From Bdellovibrionales bacterium (GTDB lineage Bacteria; Bdellovibrionota; Bdellovibrionia; Bdellovibrionales; DASUEL01): DNA of 64,000 nucleotides. The number at the start of each line of letters is the position of its first letter. The first letter of the stretch is position 1. This document shows, piece by piece, positions 1-9,248 of this stretch. The position numbers were made by a program, and so were the translations under genes. The notes under the pieces were generated by a model. It ran no database searches and was not told the origin of the DNA. It saw only the letters and a list, made by a program, of their open reading frames with translations. Location: assembly GCA_050250255.1 (NCBI GenBank), contig JBFWOZ010000002.1, positions 77,655 to 141,654 on the forward strand, in the 5' to 3' direction.

Positions 1-570
1 GGTGTCTATGCTGTCATCGAAAGTATAACTTCCCACTTTTGCAAATAGTCCACCGATCAACTGCGGTGTTGTTTTGTACTCTAAAATAACTTTTTTCTTT
101 GTAACTTCTGAAATGAGTTCTTCAATGTTTGTACGCTCTGCGGGACTGAGTTCTGTTGGCGCCTGAACACTGCCGCGAAGCACTCCATTGGCCACATCAC
201 TTTGCTCGACATAGGCGGCAACGATTTCACGTAAATTTTCAATTCTGTTTTTTTGAAGCAGAATCTTAACCAGGGTCACAACTTCTTCCGAAAGCCCCTT
301 GCCCTCAATGGCTGAAAGAAACGTTTGGCTCTTTTCTTCTGCCGATAACAATGGAGAGGCCAGCACCTTTAAACCGTCACCCAAACTTTCCAAGGCGCGG
401 TCGAGATCTCGCATGTCTTTTAAAACTTTTTGATCATTGCCAGCCTCATGGACAACTTGGTAAAGCGCTTTTGCATATTGAACAGCGACCTCACCAAAAG
501 TAACTACTTTTTGCTGAGAGCTTCCTGTATTGCTAGATGTGCCGTTTGTCATTCCATTAGTCGTCGACAT
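1..570 (-). CDS. atpH: F-type ATP synthase delta subunit (OSCP); the last ~10 codons lie beyond the window edge
   Basis: This ORF is not in the ORF track because it runs off the window. Manual minus-strand translation from the ATG at 570 gives MSTTNGMTNGTSSNTGSSQQKVVTFGEVAVQYAKALYQVVHEAGNDQKVLKDMRDLDRALESLG...TPQLIGGLFAKVGSYTFDDSIDT and stays open to base 1. A GGAGA Shine-Dalgarno (SD) sequence lies upstream. It sits directly downstream of two b-type subunit genes. Confidence 0.8.
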   Translation of the reverse strand, partial: MSTTNGMTNGTSSNTGSSQQKVVTFGEVAVQYAKALYQVVHEAGNDQKVLKDMRDLDRALESLGDGLKVLASPLLSAEEKSQTFLSAIEGKGLSEEVVTLVKILLQKNRIENLREIVAAYVEQSDVANGVLRGSVQAPTELSPAERTNIEELISEVTKKKVILEYKTTPQLIGGLFAKVGSYTFDDSIDT

Positions 571-590
571 TTTCTCCGTCTCCCGCTTCT

Positions 591-1160
591 CTAGCTTTCA
601 AGAACGCGAATTTTTTCAGCAAATTCTTTTTGAAGCCTTTTTTGATCGACCTCTTTAATTTGTGATTGAATTTTTTCACGCGCCTGTTGAATCGAGTTTG
701 CAATGACCTCAGAGCGAAGCGCTTGAACCGCTCGGTAAGCCTCCGCACTGATTGTTTTTGTCGCTTCTGATTTCATTTTTTCTGCTTGTTCACGGGACTC
801 TTCGATCAGCTTCGCCTGCAGCACAACCGCATCTTTTTTCGATTTCTCGAAAGATTCATTCGCGGTTGATTGAAGTCGATGAAGTCGCTCTTTTAGATCT
901 TGTCTTTGTTTTTCTGCCTGAATCTTTAGAGCTTCCATTTCGCGAACTGTTTTAAAATACTCGTCGCGTCGCGCCTGAAAGTGAGCCTTCACTTTGGGGA
1001 CCACAATATATCCCAAAATAAGGAGAAGTATTCCAAGATTCAAAGCCTGGAAAAGCACTACGCGAGGAACTTCTGTGGGAACAGGCGCATGCTGCCCGCC
1101 GCCCGCAGCGAAAACAACTTCTGAAAAAAGAAGCGCGAACAAAGAGAGAGGTGATCTCAT
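591..1160 (-). CDS. atpF: F-type ATP synthase F0 subunit b
   Basis: 189 aa. One N-terminal hydrophobic helix is followed by a long charged coiled coil (EKQRQDLKERL, REQAEKMKSEA). It overlaps the upstream b' gene by 4 nt and is followed by atpH. Confidence 0.8.
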   Translation of the reverse strand: MRSPLSLFALLFSEVVFAAGGGQHAPVPTEVPRVVLFQALNLGILLLILGYIVVPKVKAHFQARRDEYFKTVREMEALKIQAEKQRQDLKERLHRLQSTANESFEKSKKDAVVLQAKLIEESREQAEKMKSEATKTISAEAYRAVQALRSEVIANSIQQAREKIQSQIKEVDQKRLQKEFAEKIRVLES

Positions 1161-1615
1161 TTCATAGCCTCTTTTCCGATAAGCTTTTCTGTGATCGCAG
1201 AACCGATTTCTGTCACTTCTGATTTCAACATTTGTTTTGCGGTGGAAATTTCTTTTTCAAGACTTTGTCGAGCGCTTTTTAAAGTGTCTGCAGACTGTTC
1301 ACGAGCTTGAGATAAAATTTGATTTTGTTGTGCTTGTGCCGTTTGTCTTGCTTGATCAAAAACAAGTTTAATTTGATCATTTACTTTGCGTGCTTCTATC
1401 TCATACTGCCCTTGCAACTGAGCGGTATCCGCAACAAGTTGATCTGTTTCTCCCTTGCTGCCGACAGTTCTTTTTTCACGCTCTTCATAGGCGTTGTAGT
1501 AAGGCTTGAAAACAATCCAGTTAAGAATTGCGAAAGTAAAAAGAAAAATCGCGAGCTGCGTCCAGAGAGTAGGGTTGATCCCCAACGAAAGAATAAGTCC
1601 GTTGATTGTTTCCAT
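1157..1615 (-). CDS. F-type ATP synthase F0 subunit b' (second b-type paralog)
   Basis: 152 aa. It has an N-terminal TM helix (LAIFLFTFAILNWIVF), a KPY motif and a Q/A/E-rich coiled coil. It is the first gene of the atpF'-atpF-atpH run. Confidence 0.7.
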   Translation of the reverse strand: METINGLILSLGINPTLWTQLAIFLFTFAILNWIVFKPYYNAYEEREKRTVGSKGETDQLVADTAQLQGQYEIEARKVNDQIKLVFDQARQTAQAQQNQILSQAREQSADTLKSARQSLEKEISTAKQMLKSEVTEIGSAITEKLIGKEAMK

Positions 1616-1760
1616 TTAATTGAATTTCCTTGCTTTTCGGCTCGAAGAGGTAGCATTCCGCCTCAAGAACCGTCAAGGATAAATAGACTCGGAAATCATT
1701 CATAAAAGGTGCGCGGAAGCGACGACCAAGCAACGTCACAAACACTTTTTTATGGAGGCT

Positions 1761-2162
1761 TTAGCCAACAGGCATTTGGGAGGCGCCTTCAAAGACCACC
1801 CCCTCGTCAATTTGGAGTCGTGGAGTCGTCACGGTGCCTTTTAAAATAGCAGGAGGGTGCATCACAATTCCACGGCGGGCAAAAACGTTTCCCTTCACCG
1901 TGCCGCTAATAATAACGAGGCCGGCTTCAATTTGGGCTTCCACTTCGGCGCCTTCATCAATCACAAGCGTGTCCTGGGTGAAAATTTCGCCTTTAAATCG
2001 TCCACCGATTCGTACGGTTCCCTCAAAGGTCAAAAGCCCCTCAAAGGAAGCTCCTTGATCTAAAAGTGCGGTAATTTGCTCGCCAACCTGCTTTGTAGAC
2101 TCATAGGACTCGAGAGAGTCCTGAGCGCGGTTCGGCTGGGTTTTAGGCTCAACTTCTTTCAT
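1761..2162 (-). CDS. bactofilin (DUF583) polymer-forming cytoskeletal protein
   Basis: 133 aa with the bactofilin beta-helix repeat pattern FEGLLTFEGTVRIGGRFKGEIFTQDTLVIDEGAEVEAQIEAGLVIISGTVKGNV...LKGTVTTPRLQIDEGVVFEG. Its start codon lies 5 nt downstream of the parB stop. Confidence 0.8.
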   Translation of the reverse strand: MKEVEPKTQPNRAQDSLESYESTKQVGEQITALLDQGASFEGLLTFEGTVRIGGRFKGEIFTQDTLVIDEGAEVEAQIEAGLVIISGTVKGNVFARRGIVMHPPAILKGTVTTPRLQIDEGVVFEGASQMPVG

Positions 2163-2167
2163 AGAAA

Positions 2168-3133
2168 CTAGATCCTTTTTAACTTCTCAACGATTTTATT
2201 TAATTCTTGATCGCTGTAGAAGTGGAGCACTAGCTTTCCACGTTTGTCTTTGTAGTCAATGCTCACCTTCGTGCCCAAGGTTTTTTGTAGGCCCTCGGTG
2301 ATGCGAGCGATCAGCTGCGCCTCGGGATAAGAGCCGTTACCCTCGCTGACACTCACCTGTGGTGGGCTTAGCTTTTGAGCAACAAGTTTTTCTGTTGCGC
2401 GCACGCTCAGCTTTTTTTCCACCACTTCTTTTGCTAAAGAAATCTGGTCGCTGGCGCTTGGCAGAGAAAGAAGAACCTTTGCGTGCCCAAGGCTAATCGC
2501 TGCCGTCTTCAGCATTTCTTTCACCTCAGACGTGAGCTCGAGAAGGCGGAGGCTGTTCGCTACTGTCGTGCGATCCTTCCCCACCTTTTGCCCAATTTCA
2601 CTTTGGGTCATCTTGAAGTCTTGGGCCAATCGTTGGTAGGCTTCGGCTTCCTCGAGGGGGCCCAAATCTGCGCGCTGAATATTTTCAATCAGCGCCATCT
2701 CGAGAGTGTTTTTGTCGTCGGAGGCCTTAATCAAGACAGGCACCTCACTGAGGCCTGCAAGCTGAGCAGCTCTCCAGCGCCTTTCGCCGGCGACAATTTC
2801 GTAACGACCTTTTTCGCTTGTGGGTCGTACGAGTATCGGTTGCAAAATCCCGCGTTCTTTAATGGAGGCCGCAAGCTCTCTCAGTTTTTCTGCATCAAAC
2901 TGGCGCCGCGGTTGCTTGGGATTTCCCTTAATAAGGGACACATCCAAATTCTGAACTCTGATTCCTTCAGGCCCAGGGATGGTCTGCTCGACATAGTTTT
3001 TCGTGGTCACTTCACTATTGTTATTTGCTGAGATCGGCCCCATCGCATTGTCACCGAGAAGGCTTCCAAGGCCTCGGCCCAATCGACCTTTTTTCGAGAG
3101 ATTTACTTCATAGCTCGACATGTGTAGCTCCAT
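2168..3133 (-). CDS. parB: chromosome partitioning protein ParB
   Basis: 321 aa. It has the GRLGRGLGSLL box, ILQPILVRP, the VAGERRWRAAQLAG arginine patch and an HTH region (QSEIGQKVGKDRTTVANSLRLL). The true start may be the ATG at 3121. It overlaps the parA 3' end. Confidence 0.9.
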   Translation of the reverse strand: MELHMSSYEVNLSKKGRLGRGLGSLLGDNAMGPISANNNSEVTTKNYVEQTIPGPEGIRVQNLDVSLIKGNPKQPRRQFDAEKLRELAASIKERGILQPILVRPTSEKGRYEIVAGERRWRAAQLAGLSEVPVLIKASDDKNTLEMALIENIQRADLGPLEEAEAYQRLAQDFKMTQSEIGQKVGKDRTTVANSLRLLELTSEVKEMLKTAAISLGHAKVLLSLPSASDQISLAKEVVEKKLSVRATEKLVAQKLSPPQVSVSEGNGSYPEAQLIARITEGLQKTLGTKVSIDYKDKRGKLVLHFYSDQELNKIVEKLKRI

Positions 3134-3980
3134 CTCCCGTCGGTATTACAACAGACGAGGCGCGTGCGGAAACTGTCGGGATGGACATCGCTTCTGCCGT
3201 CTGACTTCCAAAAACTCTCTGATCTAATTCTTTTGCTAGGCCCCTATAACGCAACGAGCCAGTGGACTTGGAATCATATTCTAAAATAGATTGACCGTGA
3301 CTTGGAGCCTCACTCAATCGGACATTACGAGGAATAATCGAATTGAAAACCTTGTCTCCAAAATGTGTTCGTATTTCTGACATCACTTGGTGGCTTAGAT
3401 TATTTCGGCCATCGAACATTGTAAGGACAATACCTTCAATTTTTAAATTTGGATTCTGTCCTTTTTTAATAATGCCCGCAGTGTTGAGAAGCTGACTCAA
3501 GCCTTCAAGCGCATAGTACTCACATTGAAGAGGAACAATAAAACTGTCGGCCGCAACGAGAGAGTTTAGCGTCAGTAAGCCGAGTGAGGGAGGACAATCA
3601 ATTATTATATAGTCAAATTTGTGTTTTGATTCTTTGAGTGCTTCTTTGAGTTTAAAAGCACGATTTTCGGCGCCAACCAATTCAATCTCTGCCCCTACAA
3701 GATCCGGAGTAGCCACAATCAGCTTCAGGTTTTTCACTTGGGTATTCGAAACGACTTCGTCTACAGACTTTAGTCCTACCAACATTTCGTAAGTGTTCTT
3801 TTCTTGATACTCGTGAGACTTCATGCCTAATCCACTCGATGCATTTCCTTGTGGATCCATGTCTATGAGAAGAACCTGCCTACCCAATTCTGCCAATGAA
3901 GCTGATAAATTAATAGAAGTGGTGGTTTTTCCTACTCCACCCTTTTGATTCGCTATGCAAATCACTCTTGCTTGCATCAT
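3108..3980 (-). CDS. parA: chromosome partitioning ATPase ParA/Soj
   Basis: 290 aa with the deviant Walker A motif NQKGGVGKTTTSINL and ParA-family motifs throughout. It has a ~35-aa C-terminal extension that overlaps parB. Confidence 0.9.
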   Translation of the reverse strand: MMQARVICIANQKGGVGKTTTSINLSASLAELGRQVLLIDMDPQGNASSGLGMKSHEYQEKNTYEMLVGLKSVDEVVSNTQVKNLKLIVATPDLVGAEIELVGAENRAFKLKEALKESKHKFDYIIIDCPPSLGLLTLNSLVAADSFIVPLQCEYYALEGLSQLLNTAGIIKKGQNPNLKIEGIVLTMFDGRNNLSHQVMSEIRTHFGDKVFNSIIPRNVRLSEAPSHGQSILEYDSKSTGSLRYRGLAKELDQRVFGSQTAEAMSIPTVSARASSVVIPTGDGATHVEL

Positions 3981-4150
3981 CTACCCCCTATTTTGTCAGA
4001 CTTTCCAGTTCCATCTAGTCAGAATGTCTATGCGGAATAGCCGCATGTCTTATTTTGACTACTTTCAATTGTGATTTGCAAAGTAAATGTACTTTTTTTT
4101 GACGAAAACTGAATATCCTGGACCTTTTTTTAACTGTTTTTGGTGATTTG

Positions 4151-4166
4151 TGTTCCACGTGGAACC
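4151..4166. promoter_or_regulatory. parS centromere-like site (TGTTCCACGTGGAACC)
   Basis: It contains a 14-bp perfect palindrome, GTTCCACGTGGAAC. The site lies 171 bp upstream of the parA start. It resembles the conserved parS TGTTNCACGTGAAACA with a symmetric C/G change. Confidence 0.75.
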
Positions 4167-4201
4167 TTTTAGACCTATTCAAACCTGCCGATAAGTAGTC
4201 T

Positions 4202-4705
4202 ATGAGACGTGTATTGATAGTCATGATCGCTTTTTTTGCTATTTCTGCCTGTAAAAGGCCAATTGCAGAGCCTGAAACGATAGATCCTATCTATCGCGCA
4301 CTCAAAAGCGACCTCGATGTATTCAAAAAAGAAGAGGACAACGCTGCAAATGATGTGAAGGCTGCAAAAAAAGAAATTGCTCTCGCGGCTCCACAGACAG
4401 GTGAATACAAGGTGCGTCTGGCGCAGTTTTTTGATGCAGAAAAGAAATTGGCGGAGTTAAAGCAAAAGAGACGCTTTCTCGAGATACATCTTCAAACTCG
4501 CAAAGGTTTTGCTCGAAAATCCTATGAAAAAGCATTCGAGAAGGACATTCCATGGCCAGACCCCGAAGAATATCGGCTTTACCAAGCAAATCGGAAGCTC
4601 GCGAATGATCCCCGAAGCTGGGATGAGCGATTAAGAATATACTTTCAATCACGCGCCCCGGCCGCGAAAAAAGAAGATAAGAAGTCCGCGGGCGGCGGAC
4701 ACTAA
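4202..4705 (+). CDS. hypothetical lipoprotein
   Basis: 167 aa. It has a signal peptide with a lipobox (MRRVLIVMIAFFAISAC). The mature part is charged and helical. I recognise no family. Confidence 0.6.
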   Translation: MRRVLIVMIAFFAISACKRPIAEPETIDPIYRALKSDLDVFKKEEDNAANDVKAAKKEIALAAPQTGEYKVRLAQFFDAEKKLAELKQKRRFLEIHLQTRKGFARKSYEKAFEKDIPWPDPEEYRLYQANRKLANDPRSWDERLRIYFQSRAPAAKKEDKKSAGGGH

Positions 4706-4779
4706 TCACTTACAAAGTCATACTGAGTAAAGCGAAGGAGGGCGCGCCTGCTTCAGACACTCTCACCAGGGGCTACGTG

Positions 4780-5433
4780 TCAGTTAAGAATACTTTTTAC
4801 GATTGTATGATGAATCTTAGATTCTGGCAGTTCATAGTCTGCCACATGGACAGTGTTCCACGTGGAACATAGCTGCTGAGGCAGGGCAACTACTTCAGTG
4901 CTCCACTCGGGGCCTTTAAGGTGAAAGAGACTCGCCTTTGCGTTGCAAGAGCGCCGTAAAGTTAATAACGTTTTTTGAATGCTAGCGAAGCCTCGCGTCA
5001 TACCAAAGTCAATTCGATCTGCACCCATAGACTCTGCGCGCTTCACTAATACTTGAGCATTTTTAAGTTCAAGCGCATTAATGCAGTGTTTCATAAACTC
5101 TGCCTTGCGAGAGTCCGCCTCTACAAGTTTAAATATTTTTTCGGGCGCTAAAAGGCTGGCAACTATGCCTGGGAAGCCATTTCCACTGCCTATATCGTAT
5201 ACAGAGCTCCCCGCGATCATGGGCTCAATGACTCGCCATCCCATAATTGAGTCCGCAATGTGCACCTGGTCTATTTTATCGACTGTTGAGATAGAAATAA
5301 CGGACGTGGTTTTGTTAAAACGAAGCAGTTCCTCGCGAAACTTAAGGATGGCCTCAAGTGTACTTTTATCTAGGTCTGGAAACCAGAGTCCGAGTTTTTC
5401 TGTGATAACATTTTTTTTCGCAACAGCTTCCAA
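4780..5433 (-). CDS. rsmG: 16S rRNA (guanine527-N7)-methyltransferase RsmG (GidB)
   Basis: 217 aa with the SAM-binding motif DIGSGNGFPGI and RsmG-like length and N-terminus. It lies immediately downstream of mnmG. Confidence 0.85.
   Translation of the reverse strand: MEAVAKKNVITEKLGLWFPDLDKSTLEAILKFREELLRFNKTTSVISISTVDKIDQVHIADSIMGWRVIEPMIAGSSVYDIGSGNGFPGIVASLLAPEKIFKLVEADSRKAEFMKHCINALELKNAQVLVKRAESMGADRIDFGMTRGFASIQKTLLTLRRSCNAKASLFHLKGPEWSTEVVALPQQLCSTWNTVHVADYELPESKIHHTIVKSILN
4854..4869. promoter_or_regulatory. parS site, perfect 16-bp palindrome TGTTCCACGTGGAACA, inside the rsmG coding sequence
   Basis: Read directly from the sequence. It has the same 14-bp core as the site at 4151..4166. 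Confidence 0.75.
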
Positions 5434-7310
5434 GATGGCCTCTCCTCGGTCCCCAACTTATGTCCATTTAGATAAACTAAAATGGACTGAACGGCTGAGG
5501 GGTTTACACCACTAATTCGACTCGCCTGTCCCAGTGTCCTGGGCTTAAGACGATCTAGCTTCTCAATCTCTTCGGAAGAAAGGCCCCTAATACTTGAGTA
5601 AGAAATGTCGTCGGGGAGCTTCATATTTTCCATCTTACTGGCCTGTTGAATCAGCTCTTTTTGTCTCGTAACATAGCCTGAATATTTCACTTCTATTTCC
5701 ACGGCTTCAATCACGGCTGGCTCTTCTTTGGTGAAGTTAAAAAACTGTCCAACTTCTTCCCACCCAATTTCTTGTCGTCTCATAAGCGTCTCAAGCTTGG
5801 TCGGTTTTAAAATTGCTGGAGTACCTATCTGCTCTAGTTTTTTTAATGTTTCTTCATTGGGATAAATCGTCTGACTCTTAAGCTCTTCAAGTAAATGAGC
5901 CCGGCGCTCTTTTCTTTTCACATAAAGCTCTTCAACATCACCCTTCACCAGACCAAGATCTAGAGATCTCTGGAAAAGTCGATCCGCAGTGTTGTCTTCG
6001 CGAAGAATCAAGCGGTGCTCTGCTCGAGAGGTGAACATTCGGTAGGGTTCTTGGGTTCCCTTTGTCACAAGATCATCAATCAACACGCCCATGTACGCTT
6101 CATCTCGACGAAGGATAAAAGGTTCCTTTTCGAGAAGTCTATGGGCCGCATTCACACCTGCAAGAAAACCTTGCGCGGCAGCCTCTTCATATCCACTCGT
6201 TCCATTAATCTGGCCCGCAAGAAATAAATTTTTAACGGCCGCCGTTTCAAAATGATGACGAATTTGTGTTGGCTCAATAAAGTCATACTCAACCGCGTAT
6301 CCGTAGCGAATGACTTTGACGTTTTCTAGGCCAGGAATGGTTTTCAAAAATTCATCTTGAACGTCTGCCGGTAAGCTTGTCGAAATTCCCTGAAGATAAA
6401 TCAAATCTGTATCTAAACCTTCGGGCTCCAAGAAAGTTTGATGGCTGGTTTTATCGACGAAGCGATGAATTTTATCCTCTATGCTCGGGCAGTAACGAGG
6501 ACCTATTCCCTCGATACGGCCACAAAACATCGGCGAACGATCCAAATTTTTTCGGATGATGTCGTGGGTTTTTTCATTCGTGCGACTGAGATAACAAGTC
6601 ACCTGCGGCAATTGATATTCTCGGGGACTACGAAAGCTAAAAGGATAAAAAAATTCATCGCCTGGCTGGGGAATAGTTTTTGACCAGTCGATGCTGTCTT
6701 TGTGAAGTCGCGCAGGTGTTCCCGTTTTTAGTCTTCTTACGACAAAACCAAGGGAGCGCAGTTGATCAGAAAGGCCCACAGAGGCTTTGTCTCCTACGCG
6801 TCCGCCCGCCACCTTATCAAGCCCAACGTGCATCACCCCATTCATAAAGGTGCCCGTAGTGATGATTGTTGTGCGTGCACGAACTTCAGCTCCGTCTTCG
6901 AGGGTCACTCCTGCACAAACCTCTTTTTCAAGAAGAAGCGACTTCACTTCCGATTCAAGAATCTGAAGATTTTCTTGATTAAAAATCGTTGATTGCATGT
7001 AAGCCGAATATTTATCTTTATCGCACTGAGTGCGGGTTCCGCGGACCGCAGGACCCTTTTTTGAATTGAGCCGCTTGAATTGGATGCAGGTTTTGTCTGC
7101 GGCAAGTCCCATCTCTCCACCCAAAATATCAAGCTCGCGAACCATGTGCCCCTTGGCGAGGCCACCAATCGCGGGATTGCAGCTCATGTAACCAATGCGA
7201 GATTTGTTTGTTGTCACAAGAAGGGTTTTAAACCCTAAGCGCGAAGTCGCAAGGCAGGCTTCAATTCCTGCGTGGCCCCCTCCAATAACTATGACATCAA
7301 ACTGATTCAT
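5370..7310 (-). CDS. mnmG: tRNA uridine 5-carboxymethylaminomethyl modification enzyme MnmG (GidA)
   Basis: 646 aa. The N-terminus has FAD motif VIVIGGGHAGIEA, and the C-terminus has GQASRISGVNPSAV. A ~35-aa C-terminal extension overlaps rsmG by 64 nt. Confidence 0.95.
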   Translation of the reverse strand: MNQFDVIVIGGGHAGIEACLATSRLGFKTLLVTTNKSRIGYMSCNPAIGGLAKGHMVRELDILGGEMGLAADKTCIQFKRLNSKKGPAVRGTRTQCDKDKYSAYMQSTIFNQENLQILESEVKSLLLEKEVCAGVTLEDGAEVRARTTIITTGTFMNGVMHVGLDKVAGGRVGDKASVGLSDQLRSLGFVVRRLKTGTPARLHKDSIDWSKTIPQPGDEFFYPFSFRSPREYQLPQVTCYLSRTNEKTHDIIRKNLDRSPMFCGRIEGIGPRYCPSIEDKIHRFVDKTSHQTFLEPEGLDTDLIYLQGISTSLPADVQDEFLKTIPGLENVKVIRYGYAVEYDFIEPTQIRHHFETAAVKNLFLAGQINGTSGYEEAAAQGFLAGVNAAHRLLEKEPFILRRDEAYMGVLIDDLVTKGTQEPYRMFTSRAEHRLILREDNTADRLFQRSLDLGLVKGDVEELYVKRKERRAHLLEELKSQTIYPNEETLKKLEQIGTPAILKPTKLETLMRRQEIGWEEVGQFFNFTKEEPAVIEAVEIEVKYSGYVTRQKELIQQASKMENMKLPDDISYSSIRGLSSEEIEKLDRLKPRTLGQASRISGVNPSAVQSILVYLNGHKLGTEERPSWKLLRKKMLSQKNSDSGFQT

Positions 7311-7333
7311 CTATTTCACCAACATTTACGGAC

Positions 7334-8689
7334 TTACTTTCCGATACAAAAATCTTTAAAAATACGGTCGACCACTTTTTCTGAAATATCTCGACCCAAT
7401 AACTCGCTAAATTTTCCAAGTGCCTCTCTCAGTTCCAGCGCAACAATTTCTTCGCCAGCTCCTTGAGTCAGGGCCCTGCGGGCACCCTCCAGCGACACCT
7501 TGATTTGGGAAATACATTCGTAGTGGCGTGCCTGCATGACCTCTGCCGATGTATTCGAGTGCACATCCAAAAGCTCGGCCTTCAATCTCTTCTCAAGTTC
7601 TTCCAAGCCTTTTTTAGTTTTTGTACTCAGGGTCAATTCCTCTTGTGATTCGGTTACCACGAGATCGCTTTTGTTACCTATCTTCATTTTTTTACCAGAG
7701 ATTTTATTCCAATTCTCTTCGTCTTCTACCTGCCATCCCTTATTCAAATCGTAAATATAGAGGGTGAGTTCGGATTGAGAGATGGCGCGGTGACTTCTTT
7801 CAACGCCCTCTCGTTCGATTTCATCAGAGGTTAGCCTAAGTCCCGCTGTATCTACAAAGTTGGCTTTGATCGGGCCTACAAACATTTCCGCATGAATCGT
7901 GTCGCGAGTCGTCCCCGCTACGGGAGAGACAATGGCGCGATCTTCTCGAAGAAGAGCATTGAGAAGACTTGATTTTCCAGCGTTAGGCAGGCCCGCAATT
8001 GCAATGTTCACACCTTCGCGAATCATATGGCCACTTTTGTACGCGCGAATAAGATCTTCGCAACTATCGAGCGCCTCTTCGAGTCGAAACTGTAGGTCCT
8101 CGGTGGAAATTTCCTCAAGTCCTTCGGTCGCAAAATCAATGTTGGCCTCTAGGCGTGAGAGCGTCCAAATAATGTCTTTTTCGATGTCGATAAATTTTTG
8201 GCTCAGGCGACCTTCGAGTTGTCGTTGGGCAAGCTTCGCAGCTTCCAGAGTTTGGCTCTGAATCAGAGACATCACGCCCTCAGCCTGTACCAAATCTAGT
8301 CGCCCATTAAGAAATGCCCGATAAGTGAACTCTCCTCGTTCAGCCGCGCGCGCTCCTTTTTCTGCAAGGCCCGATAAGATTGCAGAAACAATATGCGGAT
8401 TACCATGACAAGAAATTTCGACGGTCTCATCCCCGGTATAGGAGTGTCCTTCGGCAAAATAAGTCATGACGACGTCGTCGAGTTTTTCATTTTCTGAAGA
8501 AAAAAGATCAAGATAGTAAGCCCGATGATCTTCGGGCTGATCAGGAAACTGTGGTGCCAACTCTTTTGCGATCCTTGCGGCCCGCGGACCACAGACCCGC
8601 AAGACAGAGATCCCCGCTCGCCCCTGGGCAGAGGTCAAAGCGCAGATCGTGTCTTCATCTCGACTTAAAAGACTGGCGTTCCAACTCAT
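7334..8689 (-). CDS. mnmE: tRNA modification GTPase MnmE (TrmE)
   Basis: 451 aa with G1 motif GLPNAGKSSLLN and the hallmark C-terminal motif FCIGK. Confidence 0.95.
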   Translation of the reverse strand: MSWNASLLSRDEDTICALTSAQGRAGISVLRVCGPRAARIAKELAPQFPDQPEDHRAYYLDLFSSENEKLDDVVMTYFAEGHSYTGDETVEISCHGNPHIVSAILSGLAEKGARAAERGEFTYRAFLNGRLDLVQAEGVMSLIQSQTLEAAKLAQRQLEGRLSQKFIDIEKDIIWTLSRLEANIDFATEGLEEISTEDLQFRLEEALDSCEDLIRAYKSGHMIREGVNIAIAGLPNAGKSSLLNALLREDRAIVSPVAGTTRDTIHAEMFVGPIKANFVDTAGLRLTSDEIEREGVERSHRAISQSELTLYIYDLNKGWQVEDEENWNKISGKKMKIGNKSDLVVTESQEELTLSTKTKKGLEELEKRLKAELLDVHSNTSAEVMQARHYECISQIKVSLEGARRALTQGAGEEIVALELREALGKFSELLGRDISEKVVDRIFKDFCIGK

Positions 8690-9240
8690 TCGCTCGCGTG
8701 AGCGGAATCTCTGCGGTCACCTTGTCGTTTACGTGGCTCAAGTCCTGCTGGAAAAATTTTGATTTTTTTGTATAAACCATCGCCGATCGATTTGCTCTTC
8801 ACACGAGTGTCGTTGGAAAGATGCTGGTGAATCACCTTGCGATCTTTTGGTGCGAGGGCGCGAATGTAAACCGATTTGTTCTTTTCGATGGCAACTTCTT
8901 TTAACTTATCTGCGAGCTCGATGAGCGCCTGGCTAGATTCTTCACGGTACCCACCAGCATCAAACACAACGTCTGCTTTGAACTCTGGGATGTTGTGCTG
9001 AAGCACTCTTTTCACATAAAATTGAAAAGCATCCATAAGCTGTCCGTCTTTTTCTTTTAATAGCTCTTCATCGCCACCCTGAAGTTCTACCGTAATTTTC
9101 TCAGGGTCTTCAGTAACGGCATGAGTAAGATCAAACTCCCCTACCTTGAAAATTCCATCGAGCGTGCTCTCGATGATTTCGGTCGCTTTGGATCCAGAAG
9201 AAGATTTTCCCCCACCGAATAGTTTTTTAAAAAAGCTCAT
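8686..9240 (-). CDS. jag: Jag/KhpB-type RNA-binding protein (KH + R3H)
   Basis: 184 aa in the conserved position between yidC and mnmE. The C-terminus is R3H-like (RKVIHQHLSNDTRVKSKSIGDG). Confidence 0.75.
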   Translation of the reverse strand: MSFFKKLFGGGKSSSGSKATEIIESTLDGIFKVGEFDLTHAVTEDPEKITVELQGGDEELLKEKDGQLMDAFQFYVKRVLQHNIPEFKADVVFDAGGYREESSQALIELADKLKEVAIEKNKSVYIRALAPKDRKVIHQHLSNDTRVKSKSIGDGLYKKIKIFPAGLEPRKRQGDRRDSAHASE

Positions 9241-9248
9241 TATCCCTC

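Noticed and set aside
2483-3031. A 182-aa ORF antisense to parB.
   Set aside because: It is codon-aligned antisense to parB and has no motifs.
4015-4224. A 69-aa minus-strand ORF in the parA upstream region.
   Set aside because: It covers the parS site and the start of the plus-strand lipoprotein gene. It is basic and low-complexity with no SD sequence. The region is better explained as the divergent promoter plus parS spacer.
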